A stretch of 64,000 bases of DNA from Amoebophrya sp. A120. Its lineage: Eukaryota; Protista; Dinoflagellata. Under the pieces are notes generated by a model that had not been told where the DNA came from, searched no databases, and worked only from the letters and a program-made list of their open reading frames with translations. The translations under genes and the position numbers were made by a program. The DNA lies in the NCBI GenBank assembly GCA_905178155.1, contig CAJINV010000002.1, positions 1,795,216 through 1,859,215 of the forward strand, written 5' to 3'. This document shows, in pieces, positions 39,501-50,500 of this stretch (position 1 is the stretch's first letter; each line of letters starts with the position of its first letter).

Positions 39501-42500
39501 CAAGTGCAAAAGTATCGTACAACTAGTAGTAATTGCAATACAAATTAGCTCAGCATGACAAATGGAATTTGTCATGCTGTTTTGCCTTGGGATATAGATT
39601 TGTAATGCATGATTGCGATTACTACGAGTACGATACTTTTGCACAGGATATTTGTCCAACGGACCGGTTCCTGGTGCCCGCGGCCATGACCTGAAGTAGA
39701 AGTGCTTAAAAAAAGTTTGTCATGCGTTGTTTGCGAAAAAAAAACTTGTTTTGTCATGCGCTTGTTCATTCAGGAAGCATTTTTGCTGAAGCATCTCCTC
39801 TTACTTACCTGATGCATCTCTTCGACGCCCTTGACGACAAACGCACTCAAATCCTTCACGTAAACTCCAGTGTCTGGGTTGTCTTTCAACTCTAATTTGG
39901 TTTTGGGGTTCTTCGACAACAAGTCTCGAATTTCCTCATTGTAAATCTCCAGGTAGTATCAACTGCAAATATGTCTGGGTCTGGAAGAGGAGAAGTTTGT
40001 CATGCACGTTTTTTTTTTTTTTTTAATTGGGCCCCGCTCTGTTGTATTGTATTGTATTGTATGGCATTGTGTGACGGCGGGAACGACACCCGCCCGCTGT
40101 GCTTAAAAATGCGCTCCCACGCACGAATTTTTCTTCGTCTTTTGCATCACACATGCACAAACATTTTGAACCCCCTAAGCCAACACCTTTTTTCATCTTC
40201 TGCCGCCATCACGCAACAGGACTACTCCTGAAGCGCGGGAACAACCCGAAGGTTGTTTTGCATAACAAGTTCTTGCAGCAGGTTCATGCAGCAGTGGGAG
40301 ATACAAAATTAATTTCAAAACCCTAAACCCGCACAACGCACTGATCCTAGTTAACGTCTAGAGCCGTAAGCCGCGGCAGACGTCCACCAGGGAAGGTAGA
40401 GGGGGGTCAGATCACAGTCTCCGTAGGGCGATAAGTGCAGTAAGCCGCTGCACTGAAAAATAGTAAAGATAGGGCGAGACCACTGTGTATGGAGCTAGTC
40501 ACCCATAGGGGGCGTTATCCGGGTTCGTGTTTGCGTGGTTACTAGGCGCCCCCGAAAGAACGCTTTTCCTTCACGTTACTGCCCCCCGAAATATATGGTC
40601 GAGCTGGATCACAGATACTAGCCATAGGGCGCAGCCGACCCGAATCGCATTAATAGAGGCTGCGCGACCTGACGAAGAACATCATATGACCCAAGCCGAG
40701 GGACGTCAGTGAAAAATACTCCGGACGCGTGTGCAGCCTCGGCCGATGCAAAACGGGCGACCACTGTAAAATTTGCAATCTACTGTAAAACTATTTCTAA
40801 GTGGTCTCTTTAGGGATGGGGGCCGTCGAACCCACGATGATGGGGGGGCGGGGACCGTTGAACCCAGACTGCTTTCTTCCCCAAGACAAAACCCGCTGGC
40901 AAGGCGGAAAAAAAAACAGCTGCCCCTGCAAGGACGCGGGCTACGCGGGCTAGCGCTAAGAAGGCGAGTCAGGTAAAACAACAACACTACGCAAAAGAAG
41001 AAATAAAAGGGCAGAGACCTAAATCTACATGGGAAGATGGGGGCAGATGGGAAGATCGGATTTTTTTCGAAGCAGGAGGAGCGTACGAATTTACGATCAA
41101 GCTCCTGAAGGCAACGAACGAAGGGCGACACACGTGCACGAACCGACGCTGCGCAGTAAGCCGCTGCGCTAACTAGTTTTTTAGTAGTTTCAGTTTCAGG
41201 TGCGCTTTCCGCTCGTGTATAAATTCATCACTAAAACTAGGAGGCCGGTGTGCGTTACTTAACATGTGAAGCAGTTCTACGAATTCACCTGCCTGCCGCA
41301 GCAGGTCAAACAGGGCCGACACCTTTCACACAGTTAAGCAGTGCGCGCGTATGCGTGCATTTTTCATCTTGTTTTGATATTCTTACTATCTGCTCTTGTC
41401 CTCTGCTCCAGCACATTGTACTGCGCGTCTTGTTCTCGCCTCGCTTCCGTTTTCCCCCTCCTCTCCCGCGTGCGTGTCCACCGGGGCCTAGTCCCCCCCG
41501 TCCTGTAGCTCGAGCGGCTCGCCGATGTCCCTCGATTGCATCCGCGCGGGGCTCGGGCTCGTGGCTGTTTTCCGTCATATCTCCTTATCATGACTCCCCA
41601 CTTTGCCGCGCTGACTCCGCGCCCGCTTTCGTTTTTCATGATGTTTTCTTCTAAGCTTCGTGTCTGTTAGCGTGGGTTAGTCTGTAGAGTAAAAGTAAAA
41701 CAAAGCGATGCGGAAATCTTCAAGAGGTTACGCCTGATTTAAACTCGCGCTAGCATCTTGTTCCTATTTCTAATCCCCGTCTTTTCCCCACAACCCACGA
41801 CCAGCCTCTGCTGGAAAAAAAGAAGTTCCCTGGTGTGTTTTTTAATAGTCGCAGCGGGTGGGGGGAGACCGCATTGGTCTCCCCCCGCACGCTGCTAGTC
41901 TGTTGTAGTATCTGCTTTGTATTTCTACATGAGCTAGTTTGTCATGCACGTTTTCCATGATCCATGATGTCTCTGATGTATGCCATACACATCACAGATT
42001 TTTTGAGCGCCTATCGATGCGCATCCTGCATGACAAATGTCCTCTCCGCGTAGCCAAATTTGACTCCTCTTGCTGCTCATGCAATACAGATTTTTATAGC
42101 TTTCAAATGCAGCATCACAAGTTTGGCTCTTCCAGACCCAGACATTGTTGCAATCCATAGGTAGCTTGCACGGACGAGGAACTGCGAGTTTTCGCCGGTG
42201 GTCTGGATGTATGAGAGTGCACAATCCCCCCTCCCCCTCATTTGTCATGCAAAAGCCCTATATTCAGTTGCTACATTGTCATTGTGGCACTGCGTGCATG
42301 ACAAATTCCGGAATCCCAAACAGTACTTCACTCGGCGCATGAACTTGTCATGCACAGGCTCCACCTGTACTGGTGTTTGTATTGCTCTTCATGCCATGCA
42401 AAAGAGGTAGAGGGGAAGTTGTGCATTCTGATAGGATGTGGCGGAAAATGTGCTCAAATGCGCGGGGGATCATACCTGATAGTTGTTTGGTGCGATGAGT

Positions 42501-43247
42501 AGTACTAGATGCAGAATTGAGCATGACAGATGGAAGTGGGATAGGGTGCTTACGCTTGACAAGTTTCTTGCAGAAAAAAAACCTCCTCCATACCGAGCAG
42601 TTCCTCTTGCTCCAGCACCCCCACCATGGTGAAGGTCTTTCCGGTTCCCGTTTGCCCGTAGGCAAACACCGTGCCATTGTAGCCATCTAACGTGCTATCC
42701 ACGATGATGGACGCAGTTTCTTCGTAGATTGCGACCTGATAGCGACGTGATAGATTTGTACTCAAGCATGACAAACATAAACAACCTGGCAAGTAGCAGA
42801 AACGCATGGCAAACGTACCTTACCAGCAATCTACTTCGCAAGAGTCCGTTGTAGATAAACTTTTACTAGTAAGTACCTGCGTTGAATTGTGGTCATAAAC
42901 CGCGTCGAATGTGAAGGACTTCACTGCCGTTGCGTCGTTTGGTTTTCTACACGTCACGGACGAGCTTTTTACGTCGAGATCGACGACTTTTTGCCGCCCG
43001 TCCTGGATTATCCTGTGCAAAAGTATCGTCCTCGTAGTAATTGCATTTCTGGTGCATTACAAATCTCCTTTTTAAGGTAAATCAGCATTACAAATTAAAT
43101 TTGTAATGCTGGGCTAATTTGTCATGCAATTTCTACTAATAGTACGATGCTTTTGCATTGCATATGGATCTCCTGTCCCGACAGTGGCCGACACCGGATC
43201 ACCACCTTCACGCATTCTGACTTCGAGGAGGACAGGTCGGCGCTCAT
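33503..43247 (-). CDS. KIF3: Kinesin-2 motor subunit (KIF3/FLA8-FLA10-like), 18 introners and about 5 canonical introns
   Basis: Spliced motifs [32 protein letters not shown]|[13 protein letters not shown]|[11 protein letters not shown]|[16 protein letters not shown]|[59 protein letters not shown], a coiled-coil stalk and C-terminal FPKARGLV. Confidence 0.93.
33552..33780. mobile_element. Introner family D
   Basis: TSD TCGAA/TCGAG. Confidence 0.8.
33854..34106. mobile_element. Introner family A
   Basis: TSD AACTC. Confidence 0.9.
34154..34312. mobile_element. Introner family E
   Basis: TSD GTGTT. Confidence 0.85.
34365..34509. mobile_element. Introner family E
   Basis: TSD GTTTG. Confidence 0.85.
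34562..34832. mobile_element. Introner family A
   Basis: TSD CCGCG. Confidence 0.9.
35144..35996. mobile_element. Introner family E carrying a nested insertion of about 730 bp
   Basis: E-type ends; TSD TGGTC. Confidence 0.85.
35240..35967. mobile_element. Nested non-autonomous element with asymmetric subterminal inverted repeats (Helentron/HINE-like?)
   Basis: GTAGTGAGGTCA (about 35272) / TGACCTCACTAC (35956-35967). One copy is terminal; the other lies about 32 nt inside, next to an ACTACC..GGTAGT stem. Confidence 0.55.
36263..36486. mobile_element. Introner family F
   Basis: TSD ATTTT; interior similar to 62192-62401. Confidence 0.8.
37037..37294. mobile_element. Introner family A
   Basis: TSD CAGCA. 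Confidence 0.9.
37323..37557. mobile_element. Introner family D
   Basis: TSD TCGCC/CCGCC. Confidence 0.85.
37660..37804. mobile_element. Introner family E
   Basis: TSD GTGTC. Confidence 0.85.
37856..38097. mobile_element. Introner, singleton TIR type (TATGGG(A/G)TTCTCAA..GTTACA.TCTCAACTGT)
   Basis: TSD TCCTC. Confidence 0.8.
38567..38828. mobile_element. Introner family A
   Basis: TSD CGCCG. Confidence 0.9.
38864..39142. mobile_element. Introner family B
   Basis: TSD CGAGA; splits kinesin VDL|AGSE. Confidence 0.9.
39224..39460. mobile_element. Introner, singleton TIR type (..GCAAATAT..GTCT.G.TTTGC)
   Basis: TSD ATGCG/ATGTG; splits SRSH|SIF. Confidence 0.75.
39498..39650. mobile_element. 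Introner family E
   Basis: TSD TTTGT. Confidence 0.85.
39957..42159. mobile_element. Introner family A carrying a nested 1.9-kb retroposon
   Basis: A-type ends; TSD GGTAG; splits ASY|LEIY. Confidence 0.88.
40009..41935 (-). mobile_element. Non-autonomous non-LTR retroposon (poly(A) tail, TSD of at least 15 bp)
   Basis: T16 run at 40009-40024; AGTTTGTCATGCACG duplicated at 39994-40008 and 41936-41950; GC-rich hairpin at about 41850-41896; no recognisable ORF. Confidence 0.8.
42210..42433. mobile_element. Introner family D
   Basis: TSD GGATG. Confidence 0.85.
43009..43164. mobile_element. Introner family E
   Basis: TSD TGGAT. Confidence 0.85.
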
Positions 43248-44784
43248 GATCGCGGAAATGCAACCGAACTGGCGAGGACGTCGTCGGGTACTAGAGCCGT
43301 GCTTGCACCTGCTAAAGAGGACCTCGCAGAAGCGTCCGTGGCACCACGCTAGTAGTGTCTAGGGTGTGCTGGCGGTTTTGTCGGGCGATGATAGCCGCTT
43401 AGTGCTCGGGTGCACGAACTGGGGAACTTTGCTTCTGCAACCATGATGGTCTTGCCGCCGAACTGACCATGAGTCAGCGATGGGCTCAACTTTCCCAAAG
43501 AAGGAGTAAGTGCGTCTTGCGGTGAAATTGGTTTTGGCAATGAGGCATTTTCATTCACACACACCTTATGCCACCTCTAGCATCCTGGCACCCTCGACAC
43601 ACCCAGGCATTCTGATGGAAGCATCGCTTCTCCCCGACAGGCCGCAACCAGGACCAAAGAATCGGAGGAACTTTCGCTGTCACAAAAATCTTCACTCAAC
43701 TACAGGGAAAAGAGGGATCTCACTTTCGCTCTCGCTTACCAACGCTGCAAAATGACATTTCCTTCTTGGCACTCAGTCGTATTTTTTTGCTTTCCAACAT
43801 TGTATGATCCGAGCGTGCGCTACTGTTCTTACCTCTCTCTATCTTTCTCAACCGCCCCCCGCACTCTGTGGTACACACATCAACATTCCATCCTCCGCGT
43901 GATCCTGGGCTCACTTCCCGATCGTGATAATATCCATATCAATGGCTGGGGTCGACGGAATAGTAGTGAGTCTTATTTCGGTGCTTTACATTATTTTTAA
44001 TCTTTGTTTTCCAAAGTTGTTGGTGAAGTTGAAAAGACGTCCCTTGTAAAATAGTGCTGTCGTAATATTCTTTAGTTATTCAAGAAAACATCAATGCTCT
44101 GGGTCGTTGAATATTTGAATCAATGTTGAGTAGTGACGAAAAAATCGTTGTTTATCAAGACAAGCTCATTCGGGATCATGAGCAGAACAAAATACAAATG
44201 GGGTTAAGCATGGTTCAGAAAGAAATACACTCGTGATCATAAGCAAGTTCATTTACTGGAGAAGAGCAACAAGATGTTTAAATTTATGACAAGCCTAGTG
44301 CTAGTGTAGTAAAGCAACGATCTTCAAAACAAATAAAACATGAAATGTGATAGTTGTAAGCAAGCAAAAACACATAAATCGAAAACAAAATTTGAAACAG
44401 CCCTTTTTTTTTGCAAATAAAGTGTCGCAGTAGAGCAAGGTCGTAATGTCGCGTCATCGTATACCTAAAATCGCCGTAGCACAAATGAAAATTGGGCTAA
44501 ACCCTGATAACCCTGGTCCCCGAAAGGACCAGAAGCCAGCTCTGGTGCTCCCATGCGCTGCATGTCGTAGAGGCAGAACAATGCCTCATTCACCTGAAAT
44601 GAAAATGATTGCACCGAATTCACGATTTGTGATCGTGGGAAAAGGATAAAACGACACTCATTGTTTCATGAAAAAATAAGAACTTCATGCATCAGGCGCG
44701 ACATCATCATCAAAACTGCTGGATCAGAATCACGACAAAGCAAGAGTAAAAATCCGTACAAAATTTCCTCCGCCCTCGCCGCGT

Positions 44785-46052
44785 TTACTTCAAGAGACGC
44801 TTCGAGACGCGGGCGTAGTCGGAAAAACCTTTTGCCTCGGCCACCGCGCTGGCACACAAAACTGCCTGCTCGTAGTCTTCCTGCTCGCATTCGGTCGCCG
44901 CCATTGATGATGATGAATCATCACAATCAGAGAACGGCGCCGCAGATTCAGTGTCGCATTCGACCTCCAGTGGGGAGGAATTCAGGCCGCACATGATGTG
45001 GGCGGAAACGTTTTGCTTTTTCACTTCCGGCCAGTCATCGTGCGGCCCAGCTGAGTATGGATTAGAAAATCGTATGTCACGGTCTGAAAGAAAAGTGCGA
45101 CTTGGAATACTTGTCTTGCAATGCTTAAACACCTGTATTGTGCGACCAGCAGAAGCGGGAGTCATATTATGTGTATAGTGCCCTGTCATGCGAAAATGCA
45201 GATTGTAATGCGCACCACGCACGAGGAACAAGCGTTACATAAAGGTGTCATGCTTAGGTGCATCCAGAAAAGTTCCGAATCCGATCGTCGAAAATCTCGC
45301 AGCACAGCCACAACTTACTTCCCAGATCCAGACATCTTTATTGCAGTGCATACTGCCTCGCCCTCGTTGTTCAGACAGGAGCTGCCCGAGCACGCGGCCA
45401 CGTCCAGTTGCACCTGGTCGTCGGACGAGCCGGTGGTGGAGCCGGAGTCTTCGTCTGTTACAATGAAAAATGCCCCGACCCCAGCAGAGCTTCGCAGCGT
45501 TTGTATAGTTGGAAACCTTTGCAATAGAAACATTCCCCGTCTCGCATATATCAGGAGCATCACAAATTTTCAATGCGGAACAGGTAAAATTTGTGTTGCG
45601 CAAGAGCCCAGCAGCAGCCGGGCCTGTCATGTAAAAGATGCCCTACTTGCCTAGATTCGGATTCCGCGTCAGAAAGACTCATAGTCCATTCATGCAAGAC
45701 AAAAAGACTTCATTTGGACACTTTGCATCACAAACTTTGCAACGTCCGGGGTGGGGGCATTTTTTCTTGTGATATCGTCATCATCAGTTTCATCGCGGAG
45801 GAGCGGCTGGTCCAGAGCAGCTTCGTCATTGACGTCGTCGTAACCGGTCGGCGCAATCGAGAAATCATGATTTTCCGTGGTGTCCATATCCACCACTACG
45901 CCTTTGTCCCCACCGCTCCCACACTTGCCCTTGGTCTTGCGACCCCGGCCGGGCTTCGCTTTCTGCTTCCGCTTCGGCTCGGCTTTCAGTTTCGGTTTTT
46001 CAGCTTCAACACCCGCGGGCTTCACGGCTCCACCGCAACATTTTGCAGACAT
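44785..46052 (-). CDS. Hypothetical acidic/low-complexity protein, 2 introner introns
   Basis: MSAKCCGG...DETDDD|EDSGSTTG...NNEGEA|AGPHDDW...KRLLK*. In frame after removing the elements; start uncertain. Confidence 0.55.
45056..45352. mobile_element. Introner family A (diverged)
   Basis: TSD CTGAG/CTGCC. Confidence 0.7.
45456..45774. mobile_element. Introner, B/C-like TIR (AAAAATGCCCC.ACCCC)
   Basis: TSD TCGTC. Confidence 0.75.
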
Positions 46053-47599
46053 CAATCCGGGGCGAGACGAGCGGATGCCGCGATGCCAGAAAAAGCGGCA
46101 CAGGACGAAACAGACGGCAAAGGCGAGGGCGGCCAGGCTGAGTTGGAGGTCGTCGCGGAAAACAAGTTGATTCCAGTTCGAGGTCCAGCTGGGTTGCGTG
46201 GTCGGGCGGTATGCGAAGGAAAAAGGAAGCGAATCCTCTTACTTTGGTCGCAGCTCGACGTCCGTAGGTATTGAGCATGGCAGGCTACGTGGAGGTCGCA
46301 CACAGCGAGCCAACGTGACTCGGAAATTCATTGATGATGATGCTGGTGCACAGTAACCATTTGCATTTATAACCATTTCGAAAATCATAGACACATCACC
46401 ACAGACGAGCTGAGTGCAGTTTAAATCAAAATCACGGCGCACCCATATTTATTTACTAGATATTCATCTCCGCTGTTTTGAACCAACGAAGCTCCTGTGC
46501 TGGCGGAAACATGGCAAAAAAACGGCCGCTATTTCATCCGCAGCTTCACGTATGGGAAATAAAGCCTTGTTCGATGAAACGGGAGACGAGCTGATGCTTG
46601 AAGAGGGTTGCTGCACTTTTCAATTTTGTACCGCAATTCGAATACCACTCGATCCGGAAGGCGCCGCCAGATCAAGAAAAGACGAGCGATGTGAAAGACG
46701 CACCTTTCGCAGCGTCGAGGAAACAAAGCCACCTTCATTGGGAGGACGAACCTGCGAAGGCTTGCCAGACGCGGGACCCTGCGAGGCGGCAACCACACCT
46801 TCCTGGAGGTCGTTGTGCACAGCGAAAAACACGACCACGACTGTGGACCGATGCACAGAGTAATGCAATGCAGCAGCGTATTGTGAAGAAAATGATAATG
46901 AAACCGATGCCATACGGCAAGTGGCTGAACAGAAGCAACCATCTGCTGCACTTGGTGCGTGCCTCCGATAACAGGCACATGTCCAACAAGACACAAGGAA
47001 GCAAAAAAAATTTGTACTCGAATTTCAAAAGGATAAAACAAGATTTCTGCTACGTCTTTTCTCAGGAGGACCAGGCATATCGGATCACATGCAGGTCTTC
47101 CTCTGTTTTTTCTCCCTGGCTTCTGTAATGAAATTCTAAAATTGTGAAAATGGAAAGTGAATTTCTGTGTTACTTGTAAAATCGAATAAGAAGAAAAAGC
47201 TGTTCGATGCTTAAATGAAGCGAAAAGAGCTTCCTTGCTGTTTTTGCGTGTGATTCTGTAATCGAAAAGCGATCTCGTTCTTGATGTCACGCGCTGGGCG
47301 GCGATGTGCTTTGTGGTTTGTAAAATATTTATAGGTAAATGTAAAAGAAAACAACAGACAAATGCCATATGAAGTGTAAGTATAAAATGATGAAATTGTA
47401 GTCTTCTAGTTAGGAGCATAAAAATTCAACAAAAATCTATACATGGTGCTTCTTCTCTCTTCCACCAGCACACGACGTGGTGCGGTCAAACCTGTTTCCG
47501 GGGCTTGATCTTGAAACTGGGTTTTGCTACTAACTGAGGTAGTTCTTCTTCACATGTTGATAACGTGCTCGAGGACGCCAGAATTATTGATGTCGTTGC

Positions 47600-50500
47600 C
47601 TAGAAAAACAGCGAAAAGAGGCCCCGCTGCTTCTCTGCACGAGGCGCGGACCTTTCGGATATGCATTGCAAATTTATCGATGCTACCGGGTCTGGAAGTA
47701 GTGAAGTCGCGCTAATGAAGCTAAAGTGAAAATAATCACTCGTCTAACAGCAGCGTGTCTGTCTGTCATGCAAAATCCGCACTACACACGAATAATTAAA
47801 GAGCGCTGTGAATGAAAAGCTACGTCACGAAATTTCCCTTTGCTCAGGAACGAGTTGGATGAAGTTTGCTGTTGAGCCCGTTAATACGGTATCAACACAC
47901 TACTCCCAACCCGTATCAACACAGGTTTAAGATTCCATTTGTTCTATTTCTAGACCTCCCAGATCGATATCAGCAATGAATTTGTAATGCATATCGGAAC
48001 TATGTTGCGTTTGCTCTAGCTCCGCTTCCGACATTTCTGAACCTCCGCACCTCGCGTTATGCAGTGCAAAAGTATCGTATTCGTATAAATGCATTACAAA
48101 TTTTTCCTCAGCATGAGAAATAAAATTTGTAATGCTGATTTACCTTCAGAAAAAGATTTGTAATGCATGACTGCAATACGAGTACGATGCTTTTGCACAG
48201 GATACGCGTCGCTGGCCGACAACTGCGTCGCGCCGTAGTTATACCCTCCCTTTCATCAAAAGGAAAAATCCCCCCTCCCCATATTGACACGGCATTTTTT
48301 CGAATAATTTGCGTTGCTGATTTGTGACCACAAATCGCCTCTGTGTTGCATGAAGGCAACTCCACAGGTGGCTCCGCCGCGTTCTCCAGGCGGTTTGTCA
48401 TGCTGTTGCACCTACAGCGTTGACGTCTGTCATGCTAAGCGTCTAGGCCAAACCCAAAACCTGTCTACTCAGGCTTAGTATGGGCCTGCAGTCCTCTCCA
48501 GCAACACAAATCTGATTTGTGTACGCAAATCCAGCATCAGAAACTTCGTTTTGATATGGGGAGGGGGGATTTTCGATTTCGATACCTTGCCCCCGCGGAA
48601 CAAGAAGGTATTTCCTTCGCCGCCCTTGGGCCCCACCATGGGACCTTCCGAGCCGGCGGAGGTGATGCCTGTGCTCATGGTCGTGCTGACCCGGCCCCCT
48701 TTCCCGTCGGTGCTAATGGTCCGTTGCAGCCGCCGCTCCCGACTGCTCAGACGAGGCCCAGGACCAGCTCCGGTGTACCTAGTGCCAGCAGGAGCACCAG
48801 TGTTAGTACTACTACCCATCTGACTCGCGAGAAAATCGGCCATGTTCAGGGAGTCCGGGTGCTCTATGCATTGCAAATATGTCATCTGGGACTGGAAACT
48901 TGTTATGCCGGGTTGGGAATAGCGAATGCTCTGTAATGCACAGCAAAACATGAGAAACAGAAATATTGATATCTGCGCTGCTTAGTGCTGCGCTTTCCGC
49001 ATGACAAACTGCGTACTTGCATGACAAAAAAAAGAGTTATTTCTTCTTGGACACGCATCGCAAACTTTTCAGTCATGCCAGACAAGCATGACAAACCTTG
49101 CATCCTTCCAGAGGACCCAGACATATTTGCAATTCATATGCTCCTGGTAGACGGGACCTTTCTTCTTGCGACTCACGCCCCCGGGCATGAGCGGGTCCTG
49201 ACTGGCTAATTTCAGCTATCAAATGCAAAAATGTTTGGGTCTGGAAGATTCTGAGACTTGTCATGCATATTTTGCATGACCCAGGATGTCTGTAATGCAC
49301 GACCTAGCATCACAGATTTTTAGAGGGCTTCCTGATGCCTACTCCCCATGACAAATGCCCTCCCCGCGTAGCAGAAACGAGACCTCTCTTGCTGGTCATG
49401 CAATACAGATTTTTTTACAGTCCAAAGTTAGCATCACAAGTTCCAACCTTCCAGACCCAGACACTTTTACATTTGATATCAGATACCCCTTGTCGATCAT
49501 CATGGCCATCATGCCCTTCGGCACCTTGTTGACGTCCTTACCAAACATGGCCTGCGAAGGCCGCTGCGGAGGCGGAGGTGGAACTGCCATCATCATTCCA
49601 CCGGGCCCCTTTCCCGGCATCATGCCATATCCTATGTAAAAACGTCCCCACCCCATAGTTGTCATGCTAAACAAAATGCGACACACTTTGCCCCCCCATT
49701 GTACCATGGCCGCAGATGGCTTGGCACGCAGGGCGGGTGGGTCAGGCGGACACCGAAGTGCCATCACCATCATCTCCCGGCCACTATATCCCAACTCTGA
49801 TCTCGCCAACCAACCATACTGCGCCAACAGCCATACTGTGCCAACTTGCCAACTGAACAACGCCTCGCTTTTTTTGCCAACAATTCCTTACTCTGATTCT
49901 CGCAAACTTCCAACTCGCAAACCACTATAACGGGGATGTACAGCCAGGCCCACAACCCCATAGTTGTCATGCAAAAATGCATGCTCAAAATGTTTCTCAT
50001 GCGGATCCCCATGAGAGACATTTTCTCATGCTATCTGGGAGTTTGTGATGCTGGAATCAGGATGATGTAGTCGATTTGTCATGCGGCTGCACTACCTCAA
50101 AGAGCACTACACTACGAGTATAAACTTGTCATGCGAAACAACCAAAACTTGTTCATTTGTGTAGCAAAATCACCATCTTGACTATGGTGTGGGGACGTTT
50201 TTACTCAGGATATGCCAGGTGGCATCATTCCGCCCATGTAGGAGGGTCGATTCGGATCCATCCCCATCATGGGACCCCCCATAGACGGTCGCATAGGAGG
50301 GCCCGGGCCCATCATGGGACCCCCCATGGACGGTCGCATAGGAGGGCCGCCCATGGGCGGCGGTATCATCATAGCCGCGGACGGCCGCCCACCCATCATT
50401 CCCATCATCATGGGATCTAGCGGCATGGGGGGGACCGTCGGCACATTCCGCTCCCTGGACGTTTTTCTATCGCGACCGCTATCCTGTTTCCGCTTCTTTT

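Noticed and set aside
40317-40330. Telomere-like AAACCCTAAACCC (also GTTTAGGGTTT near 2065)
   Set aside because: Fewer than two full units; compatible with chance.
40669-40715. CTGACGA...GAAA as a hammerhead ribozyme
   Set aside because: The required stems could not be formed, and it lies on the strand opposite to the poly(A) sense.
46529-47419. 296-aa minus-strand ORF
   Set aside because: No recognisable motif, atypical composition and no introners; cannot be supported as a gene.
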